From: Moniliella sp. 'wahieum'
Taxonomy: Eukaryota
Assembly: GCA_003971905.1 (NCBI GenBank)
Contig: RSEE01000049.1
Span: 124,001 to 188,000, forward strand
Direction of reading: 5' to 3'
Length of the DNA: 64,000 nucleotides
Part shown: positions 26,362-37,500 of the stretch, piece by piece
Numbering within the stretch: the stretch's first letter is position 1
Layout of the letters: each line of letters begins with the position of its first letter
The notes under the pieces: model-generated
What the model saw: only the letters and a program-made list of their open reading frames with translations
What the model was told of the DNA's origin: nothing
Databases searched by the model: none
Program-made: the position numbers and the translations under genes

Positions 26362-26858
26362 ATGCCTCCCAAGTCTGTCGCATCTAAGGCTCCCCACAGC
26401 ACGGGTGGCAAGGCTCCTGCCAGCGCGTCCAAGACGACTGCTGCCAAGAAGACGTCCAAGTCGCCTGTTGAGGGCGGCAAGAAGAAGGCGCGCACCGTGC
26501 GCAAGGAGACCTACTCGACCTACATCTACCGTGTCCTTAAGCAGGTTCACCCTGAACTGGTTACTCCAACAAGGCCATGGCTATTCTCAACTCGTTTGTG
26601 TCTGACATTTTCGGTATGTTGCCCTGCTTTGAACTTGCTGCTCCATTATTCTCTTCTGTTGCACTTTCACTAACTTGCCTCTTGCCTATTTTCAGAGCGC
26701 ATCGCTACCGAGGCATCTAAGCTCGCGTCTTACAACAAGAAGTCCACCATTTCCTCGCGGAAATTCAGACGGCTGTGCGCCTCATCCCCGGTGAGCTCAG
26801 CAAGCACGCTATCTCTGAGGGCACCAAGTCCGTCACCAAGTTCTCCAGCACCAAGTAA
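26362..26858 (+). CDS. HTB1: Histone H2B
   Basis: '[11 protein letters not shown]...[18 protein letters not shown]', intron 26614-26695, '[22 protein letters not shown]', '[18 protein letters not shown]'. Confidence 0.97.
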
Positions 26859-27417
26859 GCTGGTCCAGATCTCTGGGTACCTTGTAGACATATTGTATCA
26901 TTATGCCCACGCATCTGAAGAGGGTCGGGGTGTAGGAAACCAGATAGATAAAGGGGAAAAGGGAGAGTGAGTGTGCAAGTGATTTGTAGAAGAAAACAGC
27001 TCGTCTGAAATGTACCAGTGTGGTCGGTGTCGATCAGTAAGCCTGATGAAAATGGTGTGGACCTACCGCTATCGCATAGTCTGGCTAAGGCGTCGACGCA
27101 AACGGCTGTGATCGAAAGCAAGTAGGCAGTAGTTTAATTCATCAAGGAATCACTATTGCTCAATATGCCTGTGTGCGAGAAGTGTGGATGCGGAATACAC
27201 TCGAGCTCCCTACTATCTAGCTGAGCGCCAATGTTTTCCTCCTCCAACAGATATGCGTACTGGCCGATGAATGTTTGCAGCGCGACGCCTATTGCACTTT
27301 CACGTAGTGTCCGGGAAGGGAATTATAATCAGCTTGCTCAAACTTCAACGCCAACGGGAAATGCCTTATGCGAAAGAAGAGTAGAAATTCTCTCGAAATC
27401 AGAGCTTCTCTGGCGTT

Positions 27418-28960
27418 TTACTGGGCGGGGGCCTTGAGGAAAGACCGAGTAGTACCACCGAGCATACTCGGGGGAAGAAGGGTCGAGCCAGGGGGTGGCT
27501 GAGGGATCGCCTCATACCCCGTCCCCGGGGCCGAGGGAGCCGAGCCAGAGAGAGGCTGGCTGGCCCGCCGCCGGGGCAGAAGCGTTGGTCGGAGGCTGGG
27601 ATGGGCCAGCGGGTGATGGGGCCTGGGCAGCGGGAGGTTGTGCGGTCGCTTGGGTAGCACTACCGGTGCAGAGGGAACAACAATCTGGTCAAAGCGAGTA
27701 CGGGCCTGGACGAAGTGCTGATTCAGCCCGCGCAGGTCATTCAACCGGACTTGGTATTCTCCGCCAACTGGGCCACTTGCGGAGAGATCGCCAAGGCCTG
27801 CTGATACAGACCTTGAAGCTCTTCGTTATCGGCCAGGTTCTCCGGGAGACCTTGACCTGCCTTGACTCGTGTCTCAAGGGCCATCAGCTTCTCGACTAGT
27901 GCGTCAACTGTCTGAGATGCAGCAAACACTTGTCCCTCCATCGCCGCTTCTTGTGCTTTGTCCTGAGCGAAGGCTCAGGAATCACTTCCTACAGTCCTGT
28001 TAGTATAAATGCAAAACCCAGAATGCAGAGGAAGAGCGTGTACAAACCAAATGGTTAACCGGCACAATTCCAATCTCTCCCCGTAGCTCAGCCTTCCACC
28101 AATGCTCGTACACCGTATTCAACACCCGCAGTACATCCCCCGCACGGAATCCCAGCTCGCCCTGCTCACTGGGGATAAAGTCGTACAAGGCACGGACTTT
28201 TTTAACTGTCTGTGCCTCGGGAGCAGGCGCGGCCACAGGCGCAGGCGCCGAGGGAAGGAGGAGGTAAGAGGGGTGGACTGACGGGGCGGAGGCGGAGGCA
28301 GTAGGGGCTGATGGTTCCGAAGAAAAATTGGCCCTGCCTGACCGTTCTGAGCGGCCACCCTGGTCATTAAGGGACAGCGCCAAGACACGTTGCAGTTCCT
28401 CCTCCTCCTTCTCGGACGCCGTTTTGGGTGGCGGCTCCTTTTTCTCTTCAAACTCGTAGTCTGTTCAAGGTCAGTTGGGGACACACAGTGCACAACCCAA
28501 GGAGAAAGTGCGTACGTTCGGCCTTGAGTTCCTCGTACGTTTCTTGCATGATGGCTCCTGCTCCGTGCCTGCCGCATCCTGTGCGGAGGAGTCATGTCTT
28601 GGGCCCAGGTGCGGATGAGACCCAGGATACGTTTGCGCACCACGTCGTGTACGCTCGCCCGATCGTGTACCATGCGAACCAGCTGGGTGCAAAATGCACG
28701 GCTAGAGAGCTCCGGGTAAATTACCGAGGGGGTCACATTCTTTCCGAGCGCATCCGCCAATGAAAGAGAGAAGAGTTGCACATTCGCACTCCGATGGGCC
28801 AGACGGCGAATCAAGGCATCGATCACTTGACGTGCGCCAGTCTCGCGCTGACTGCTCACGGGTCGCAGATTTGCAGGTTCAAGTCCCAATTTTCAGAAGT
28901 TAGGTTCTCATCGGTTGCCTTGGCAACCTGCTCGTCGTAGGGATTGGCAGCACGGAACAT
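27418..28960 (-). CDS. HSE1: ESCRT-0 subunit Hse1/STAM (VHS-UIM-SH3)
   Basis: 'MFRAANPYDEQVAKATDENLTSENWDLNLQICD' (VHS), 'EEEELQRVLALSL' (UIM), 'VRALYDFIPSEQGELGFRAGDVLRVLNTVYEHWWKAELRGEIGIVPVN' (SH3). 3' end approximate. Confidence 0.93.
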
Positions 28961-29419
28961 GGCGGGGAGGAGGTGGGTTGGTGGCGGCAATGAGGCTGGC
29001 CGGGTTGCGACTCATCTGAGTTCGGCGTACAGGTGCATCGGGGCCGCGCCCCTGATGACGTAATCCACCATAGGTCGAGAGAGGTTCCTTTGATATGGAC
29101 AAGTCAATCCGCGCGTATTAGGGACGCAGCGTGACGCGTGACTGTCCCAAGCCCGTCTTCATCTATTTGACCACCAGTCTGCCCTGGGATCGTAGGCCCA
29201 ATGCTTCATAGACTCCCTATCTCTCTCTGTTGTTTGAAAATGTCGAAGGTGTGCACAGCGCTATCCTTTATCTTTGCAGCAGTTAATAAATAGTATCCAC
29301 AGCTTACTGGATCCTTCTCTGTGTTACGGATTCGGTGTGAATATATACGGCAAACCTTGTTGGAAGTTATGAGAGGCCCACAGAAAGATGCTTAGAACGA
29401 ACGCTGATCGTTGAATATT

Positions 29420-31221
29420 GAATCAAGCGTGGGAAGGTGATATATATGTAGAAGACACGGGCAGAGCACTTGGTGTTCCTTTCTCATCCGAGGACCTCCT
29501 GCAGCCAGCAGCCAAATCAAACATATCCCCAGTTCCAGGAAAGGATGGGAGAGAGACGATGCGGGGCCGGGCGTGCTGTCGGGTCCTTATCCAGACAAAG
29601 ATCGACAAAGTTGCACATTGTCCGTGGGAAAGGGGGGACAGGCGGGTGCCGGCTCATGCACAATTCGTTGCAGTAAGTCTAGGATGCTCCACGGTCCGTT
29701 CGGACACTCTTCCTCGGCGGGGGGGTAGGAACCGGCATGATGTGATGCCTCTTCGTCCGGATGAGGAGCCCCGTTTCTCTCAAAAGCCTTGAGGGCCGGG
29801 GGAAGCATGGGGTGGGCCATCCGGTGGCGGCGGGCGTGCCGGTGGTAGGGGAGTGAAGGAAGGCCACCTGGTCCTCTTCCTTCTCTCGCCCGGGGCCAGG
29901 GGTTACGAATAGGTGTAGGGAGTGGCTTGCTCCGCTCCCGAACTGTTGTGTTCTGGCGAGGTTGGGAAGGGATGCGCCCAGCTCAGGCAACGCGGGGGAG
30001 GGGGTGCAAGGAGAGGTCTAACAAGTCTCCGTTCGTCTTCTACCTCTTCCTCCTTGAATGGCATGCGTCCCAACGCTACTTCCATCAACGTTAGACCAGA
30101 GACCATACGTCGGATGTAATGGTGTAGGGGGCCTTGAATTCGTTCGGGCTGTTCGGCGATTTATCAAAAAGAATGAAGAGAAAAAGGAAGGTTAGTGCAG
30201 AATTCCGGGAGAGAAAAGGCACGTACACTCATATAGGTACTCGTCCCTACAAAGGTATCGGCGACAGAGCTGGTTAATTCCTTCGATACACGAAGTCGCA
30301 GAGCTTGACTTCGCCCCGCCACGAAAGGAGAATATTGGACGGCTTGATGTCTAATAATGATCAGCCTAAATGATCGGAGAAGAAGGCAAAAGAAACATAC
30401 ACGGTGAATGATGCGATGTTTGTCGTAAAGATAGATCATTCCCTTGAGAGCCGAAAGAATGACCTTTGCAGCTGCAGCGGGTGGAAGTGGGTTGGCCTTT
30501 CTCGTCTGCGTCGGAGCGGAGTAAGGGTGGGAAAGGTAAGCTTCCGATGGAAGAGGAAGGACCACGCCAGGTGCGGATGCACTACACGATCCAAGGAACC
30601 TGGATGTAAAATTCAATCACCAGACAAATGTAGGGCGCATGCAGCAGCGAGCCAAAACACCCTACAATCTCGGGCGCACGACAGTGCTGGAGGACCTTGA
30701 GCTCAACAGGGCTTGCTTGCGCACTGAAGGCTTGGCGTCCACCACCAACGTCTGCGTGCCATCATCCCGCTCGGCGATGACGAACCTGCCAAGGTCGGCG
30801 TCAGCGTATGTATCCCATGCAATAGCAAGGAGGAGGGGGGGTGTTTCATACCAATGCTACAGTACCGCTGTCATGCCCAAGTCCGCCACAAAGTCCAGTC
30901 CGTAGTAGAGCAAGGGGCCATCAAGCGCCTGGGAGCACGAGCCTTCGGATGTAAACGAGAAGCTGCGCTCACAGGGCTCTTGAGCTGAAGAGGAATTGCG
31001 GTATTTACCTTCTTGTCATCAGGGGAGTGGTTGTCAGAGGCAGTGCCGGACGAGGTAGAAGGGTTCTGCGGTTGACTAAACTTAGCCGAGAGGGAGGTAC
31101 TGGCGGGGGATGTCTCTAGTGTAACGGGAAGTTGCAGTCCTTTGAAGTTCCTCTTTCTCCGTCCCCGCGGTGGGTCGATATGAGTCTCGCCCAAGGGGGG
31201 GGAGGTGCGTGTGCGCTTCAT
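29420..31221 (-). CDS. STE7: MAP kinase kinase, Ste7/Fuz7 type; many frame breaks, 3' end approximate
   Basis: Docking motif 'RRKRNFKGLQL', 'VDAKPSVRKQ', 'YLYDKHRIIHR|DIKPSNILL', 'VKLCDF', 'SSVADTFVGTSTYMSPERI', 'SILDLLQRIVHEPAP'. Confidence 0.88.
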
Positions 31222-31480
31222 GCTGGAGCAATTGGTATCGGGGGCAGAACGAGAAGATGGTGGCAGGAGAAAGTGGCTTAGGTGGTCCGTTGGTGGGTGT
31301 CAAGGTGCCTCTTTGCTACCGCGGCGAACCGGCCAGGGGCCAATTGATTTTTCCCGCATGCGGCTACGTACACTATGCGGACAGCGCTTTATGGTAATGC
31401 GCGCATGAATATGAATGCTTGACCGGCGGCCTGATCGAGGCCTGATTAACTGAGTACTGATTGGCCTACTGATCGGTTTG

Positions 31481-31630
31481 ATCTCCTGTCCCGGCTTTCT
31501 GTAGACCGAGGCCCGGGCAACCGCCCTGCGACACGCTAGCGAAAGGCCGATAGTGAGTGTTGGCGGGTGTGCTCTACTAATATTGCGTGTATTTCTGCCT
31601 GTCGTTTGTGTGCGGGACGAGATAGTTTTC
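31481..31630 (+). ncRNA. Candidate structured non-coding RNA (family not recognised)
   Basis: Ends pair (ATCTC+GTCCCG 31481-31493 with CGGGAC+GAGAT 31613-31623). Internal GTAGA/TCTAC helix, CGG-GCAA-CCG tetraloop hairpin, CGACAC/GTGTTG helix, then TTTT. Folded by eye only. Confidence 0.25.
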
Positions 31631-32009
31631 TAACCCCAGGTGTGCTTGCCTCTCCCTCCCCCTTGTCTCTTCCCTGTCCTCACATAACTACCAGGACACC
31701 AGGCGCACCCATATTCGTGCAGTTTTTTCTCGTCGTATACGCGATGTACTAGCGTGCATCACGCACCACTTGTGCCGATCACAGCAAGCAGCCTTCAATT
31801 CTTCATCTACAGCAGAGAGAGCGCATTTTGTGAACGCTCACTGGTGCCGACTCGCGCGACATCTGATTTGGACTGAGCGAATGGCGATAGTTACCCTCGC
31901 CACTGTCATCGGCATTGCCGTAAATGAGCCGGCAATTAACATGGGTGTGCTCACATTGACGCAGGAGAATAAAAAAGGGGGATGAGATGGGTGGAGGTGG
32001 GGCTTTATA

Positions 32010-32842
32010 GATGGTCGCCATGTGGTTGAGCACAGCAACCCGCTGAGCCACAACTGGCTCTCCGCCATTCCATCCGTCCCGTACCTCAAGCTCTCTGACC
32101 AGCAGGTCCAGGTTGGTCTCCAGCTCCGCACGCTGTGCCGCACCACGCGCAGCATGTGCAAGTGCGGCGTCATGTCCTCGCTGGAACACATCATGTCCTG
32201 CACCCGCACCCAGGCCAAGTTTGGTGCGTTGCATGAGGCAGTGCGGGAGCCCATTCTCCAGCTCCTACGCTCCATCCCCGACACCCACGTCCACAAAGAA
32301 CCTATGGTGGAGGAAGAGGATGGGACGAGGCGCGGACGGAAGGCACAGCGCACCGACTACCGCGTGATGGGGCCCGGAGCACTGGGAGGAACCGGAATGG
32401 AGGTAGACCACACGCTGCGCGACACGGGATCGCAGGAGGCGCAGAGCGCGTACCGGCGGGTGGTGCATGAGAGCACTGCGTCGCCTTTGGAACGCCGGGA
32501 GAAGGAACTGCTTCGGCTGCTTGAACAAGCAGAATGCGACAAGAACGCCAAGTACCAGGGACGCACTCAAGAACCGTTTTTCCCCCTGGTTTTGACGACG
32601 CGAGGATACTACGGCACCAAGACGGCGGGCAAGTTGTTTGCGCATTGGAAGGAGTTGGCTACTAAGTCTCAGTGGAAATGGTTCCTCGCTCGTATGTCAA
32701 CCACGTTCCTCCGTGTCCACACGCGCTTCCTAGGGTACGGGACCGGATGGCGAGAGCCGGAGGGTCCTGATATCCTGGCAATCCCCCTGGTTCCTTGACC
32801 TTAGTGGCGCTTCCAAACAACCCCCGCAAGATGAACGGTTCG
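32010..32842 (+). mobile_element. 5'-truncated RLE-type non-LTR retrotransposon (CRE/Cnl1/MoTeR-like): zinc knuckle + restriction-like endonuclease C-terminus
   Basis: ORF 32022-32798: 'WLSAIP..LKLSD..VQVGLQLR', CCHC 'CKC..EHIMSC', 'LHEAV', 'RTDY..EVDHT..KNAKY..FFPLVLTTRG'. No RT domain upstream; the 3' end is duplicated at 9221-9398. Confidence 0.8.
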
Positions 32843-32962
32843 GTTTAGACGTAGCGTTCCCCCTGTCCCAGCCTTAAGCTCTGTCAATGGAATGCACACA
32901 ATATGGGCAGTAAGTTCATTATCAGCGCCAGGCTCGCCCGAACATTCACACGTTCACTGGGG

Positions 32963-34090
32963 TCACCGCCTGTTGCATCCACTGGTAGACATGATCAAAA
33001 CTGATGTCATGGCCCGCGTCAAAGAGATGGTTTTTTCCAGGCCATTCCTCATAGCGCACCTTGAACCCCAGCGAACGAGCCAGCTCTTCAAACTTCTGGC
33101 TCTGGCGAACCGGTACTGCATCATCAGCATCGCATGCAGGATGAACATCTCGAGTGTGCCCCCTGAGGCTGATCCGACTACAGCTTTGATGTCGGAGGCA
33201 TGCGAACGCAGGTGATCATACGTGTTTATCTTGGAAAGCCAATGCCTTTGCTCCGCCTTGTCTGGACAAACAGCAGAGTATGGATGTTACCCTTCCCCTG
33301 GCTCCAGGGGTAGAAGGCATTCCGGGTGAAGAGAGGATCAGCCATCGATTTTTCAGGATGGCTGTTAAAAATCACTTCCCCTTTGGATCTGAATAGGTCT
33401 CCATGACCGGGTCCAGAGAGGGGGGGAGGTGCCCTCCGAAGGGGGTCTGGGACTCTGACCAGAAAGGGTCCCCAAAATTGACGGCCGGGTAGATCGGGAT
33501 TGTGCCCCGAATCCGAGCGAGATAAGGATGTGCCTTGGGGTCTGAAATATGCAGCGTCGGAAGTGCTCCGAGCGAAACAGCGAGAGCGTAGAAGCCGCCC
33601 ATCGAGTTGCCCATCACAGCAACCCGATCCAGCTCCAGCTTGACCTGGATTTCCTTCTTTTCCAGCTCGGCTTGCAGCGAATCAACCGCCCACTTGAACG
33701 CATCCGCTACGTCTTCCATTTGGGACGCGAAATGAACTTGCGGGCACAAGCTGGGTCAGGTTAGCGAATGATTCAAGCATGTAGGAGCCAGTCTCGTACC
33801 GATAATCCGGGTAGACGCCGACAAAAGGGACTTTGTTCGGTCCTTCCAGCAAGTGCTGGTACACCTCGGTCCGGCCGCCTTGAATTCCGCCTCCTCCATG
33901 GATCCAAAAGCAGACGGGAAGAGAGCCACGTTGTTTGAGCACCTCTTTCGCAGCAGGGATAGTAGGAATAAAACCTCGATGGGCAAATCCAGACCACTCG
34001 CGTGCTTGTACGTGAAGGTGTACTTGTCCTGGGCGTCCAGGGCGAGTCGCGGGTTGCGAATACAAACGCAGGCTGATCGGTGCTGGACAT
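32963..34090 (-). CDS. Alpha/beta-hydrolase (HSL-like esterase/lipase)
   Basis: 'WIHGGGG', 'YPDYR', nucleophile elbow 'GNSMGG', 'MFILH.DADDAVPVRQS', 'WPGKNHLFD', stop at 32963. Indels and introns present. Confidence 0.85.
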
Positions 34091-34543
34091 GTGAGTGCGG
34101 ATGGATGGAGGTGGGAGGGAAGAGCGCGCGAGAACGACACAGGGTGGCTGTATCTAAAGCGCAGGCTCGATCTTGAGGCAGTAATCGAGGCAATGTATAG
34201 ATACCTTGACTATTAGTAACCCCTCGGTACATATATGCACGTGACTTCAAGCTTCGCTCGCTCTTCAAGCTCCACGCTGTAAGCGCCTTGGAGCTGCTGT
34301 TGGCGCTGGCCGCCGGTGATCGACGATCGGAGAGTGCCCGCCAGTGCAAGCTCCAAGGAGCTTTATCACCTGGTGTTTATTTCAAAATCCACGCAGCGGA
34401 ATGAACTGATTACGGCATTGCTCTTATTCCGCCTGGAGTTCGGTGTCACGGCATGGCTTCTTGCCACAGCGGGTTGCATCCTGGCCACCATCGCACTCTT
34501 GGGCCTGGAGAGCCCGTCTCGCGTCTCCATACCCTTCAGCAAC

Positions 34544-37500
34544 ATGTCGGACGAGGAGCGCGCTGCTGCTCCTGAAAAGGAGCCACTCGACTCTCCCCTC
34601 CCTTCAGACAGCGAGGAGAGGGCGAAGATTTGACCCACGACCGCCCCACTAACAATGCCGAGGGTAATGACTCGTCTGAGGAGGAGGACGAGGACGAGGA
34701 AGCTGCCCGTGAGGTCGCAGAAGGCTTCATTGTGGACGAAGATGAAGAAGGGGACGAAGAAGAACGGCGTCGCCGTCATCGCGAGCGCAAGCGCAAGAAG
34801 CGTCGCGAAGAGGAGGACGAAGCCCTGGACGCCGACGATTTGGATTTGGTTGCTGAGAACACGGGCCACCCGCGCCAGGATGCGGTACGTTTCTCCCCCT
34901 TTTTGCAAGCGCGATCTTCTGACACGTTGGTGCAGCACAAACTCAAACGCTTCCGTCGTGGCTCCCGCGAGCCTTCATCCCGCCCTACTGACTTGGCGCG
35001 CATGTTTGACGATGACGATGACGAGGAGGTGCCGAGCATGGCTGATGCGATCAACGCCGGTCTCAACACTTCTTCCAACCGCGGAAACGCGGCCCGGCCC
35101 GTCGAGTACGCCGACGAAGATGACATGGATGATTTCATTGACGATGATGATGATGAGTTGGACGGGCTCGACGAGGATGAACGAGAGGCTCGTCGCCAAG
35201 AGCTGAAGGAACAGAAGCGTCGGCAGAAGGCCGCTGGTCGCGCTCTTGGAATGGACCCGGCCGGGGGGCTTCGACCGTGAGTCCTGGGAGATCATCCATG
35301 ACGTGTTTGGTCGCGGGGACGATACGACTGGGCCCTGGAGCCCGAGGATGAGGAGCTGGTGGAGGAGGACGGCTCCAAGAACAGGTCTCATTCAAGGATG
35401 TGCGTACTTTCCTCTCATTCCCACTGCCTGGGACAGCTATTGACTGTGTGTTCGTGCAGGTATTTGAGCCCGCCCAGATCGAAGCAAAGATGCTCACTGA
35501 TCGGGATGAGACAATTCGCAAGCTTGACTACCCCGAGCGCATCCAGCTTGCTCTTCCACAAGACATTGCCACCGTGTTGTTGAGTGCCACCCTGGACGAC
35601 GAGCAGTTGAAGATTGCGGCCAATTGGGCTAGCACTCGTATTTCTTCCCGTACCAACAAGACTTTCGTTCAGGAGGATGGTTCGTGGTGGTCGCTCTATG
35701 ACCATTGGCTTGCTTGCGTCAAGCTTATGCTCGGCTATATTCTTAACGAGCATCTCGAGCCAACCTACCTCTTCAGCATCAAGTTTGACGAGCTAGAGTA
35801 CAAGTCGCCCGATACTGGCGACCAGCCCATCCTTTTCCTCAACCTGATTGAGCTGCAGACGCTGTCCGGGTTGGCACTTCAATTCCGCGTGCTCGCACAC
35901 AAGAAGGCCGGGCTGCGCAAAACGTTTGAGAAGGTTATTTCCATCCACGAGATAACCGATGTGGACGAGGTGGACCTATCCTCGTCGGAGGAGGGACGGG
36001 AGTTCCTCAACGTACTCGACTCGGCTCAGAGCTTGGAGGAGGTATCTGACCTCTCCGAATGGGTGGCAATGCAACACGGGAACCGGCTGCGCGAGGCAGA
36101 GGCAGCCCAGCGGTTGCGTGATGCGGAGAATGCGGATCTCCTGGACGCGTTCAATGAGTTCCAGTTGAGCGGGACAACTCAGTCGTTCAAGCGCTCAAGC
36201 TTGGTAGGGGAGTATGATCGTCTGAAGAACAGTGTGATCAGTAACTTTGCTGGCCGCTTTGGTTTGAGCGTCGACCAGATTGCAGCCAACCTGGCTGCGC
36301 CTTCGCGCTTGCACTTTACCGACGACGACGTGATGCCTCCGACCACAGTAGCTGCCGAGTATACTCAGGAGGGCAGTGCTTTCCCCACGGCTGCCTTGGC
36401 TCTGGCGTGCGCGCGGCAGCTGCTTATCCACGAACTGAGCAAGCATCCGCTGATCAAACGTGTCGTTCGTACCTGGTTCAAGAAGTTCACCGAGGTGAGC
36501 GTTCAACCAACCGAGCGCGGCCTCCACAAGATCGACCCGCAGCACCCTTATTTCAACTTCAAGTTCCTGACCCCAAGCCAATCGAGGAGTTCAGCCATCC
36601 TGCTCCGATCACGCCTCCTCCCCCGCGGACGGGAGACACAAACAACCTGCTGTGCCTATCCCTTCTCCTGTGCAATTCCTCTTGATCCTTCAAGCGCAGG
36701 AGGAAACTCTCATTAAGGCTTCCATTGGCCTGTCCAAGAGCAAAGCGACGAGCTGATCGATACGATCTCGTCAGCTTGGGTGAGCGATGGTGTGAGCAAC
36801 GTGTCGCAGCAGTGGAACGACCTCCGGCGCGAAATTGTTGCCAAGGCTGTGAATGACTACTTGCTTCCAATGGGGCGAGTGTGGGTGTTGAATGGCTGCG
36901 CGAAGAATGCCGCGCGTACATTGCCCGTCATGTATCCACCATCTTGGACACACGAACTCAGGTTGCCTCCTACCGTTCTACCAGCATGAATGCCCGCGCC
37001 CAACGCGAGGTGGAGGCTGATCCCGACGTTAATCCCGATGTTCCCATGGTTATGGCCGTAACCAACGGGGCGGGGACGCAAAAAGATCCAGTTCGTGTTG
37101 TTGTGCTTGACTCCCTCGGTCGGATGCGCCGGACGGTGCAGTTTGACAACCTTCGTCCTCCTCGTCCTATTTCGGAGGAGGCATTTGGCACGATCTCCCG
37201 CAAGCCCGAAGCTGACCCTCGCGCCGAGTTTGTCGAATTGATCAAGGAGTTCCAGCCGGACGTGATCGTGGTCAACGGCACCTCACCACGGGCCATCATG
37301 CTCCTGCATCAAGTGCAGGAAATTGCCCTTTCTGTCCAAAATGACCTGGTGGCAGCAAACGAATACGAGACGGAGGAGGACAAAGCCCTAGCGACAATCG
37401 ATGTCATTTCGGTATTCGACGATGTGGCGGTTGTATCAGCACAGTGCCCGTGCCGCCGAGGAATTCCCTGAGCTTCCCGTTCTTGCTCGGTACGCCATCG

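Noticed and set aside
31474..31580. HDV-like or hammerhead ribozyme upstream of the RLE retroelement
   Set aside because: Helix order is loosely HDV-like, but the L3 and J4/2 catalytic sequences are missing and there is no CTGANGA..GAAA core.
31625..31640. Telomerase RNA template (CTAACCCC)
   Set aside because: Only about one repeat unit, the telomere repeat of this organism is unknown and no pseudoknot was identified.
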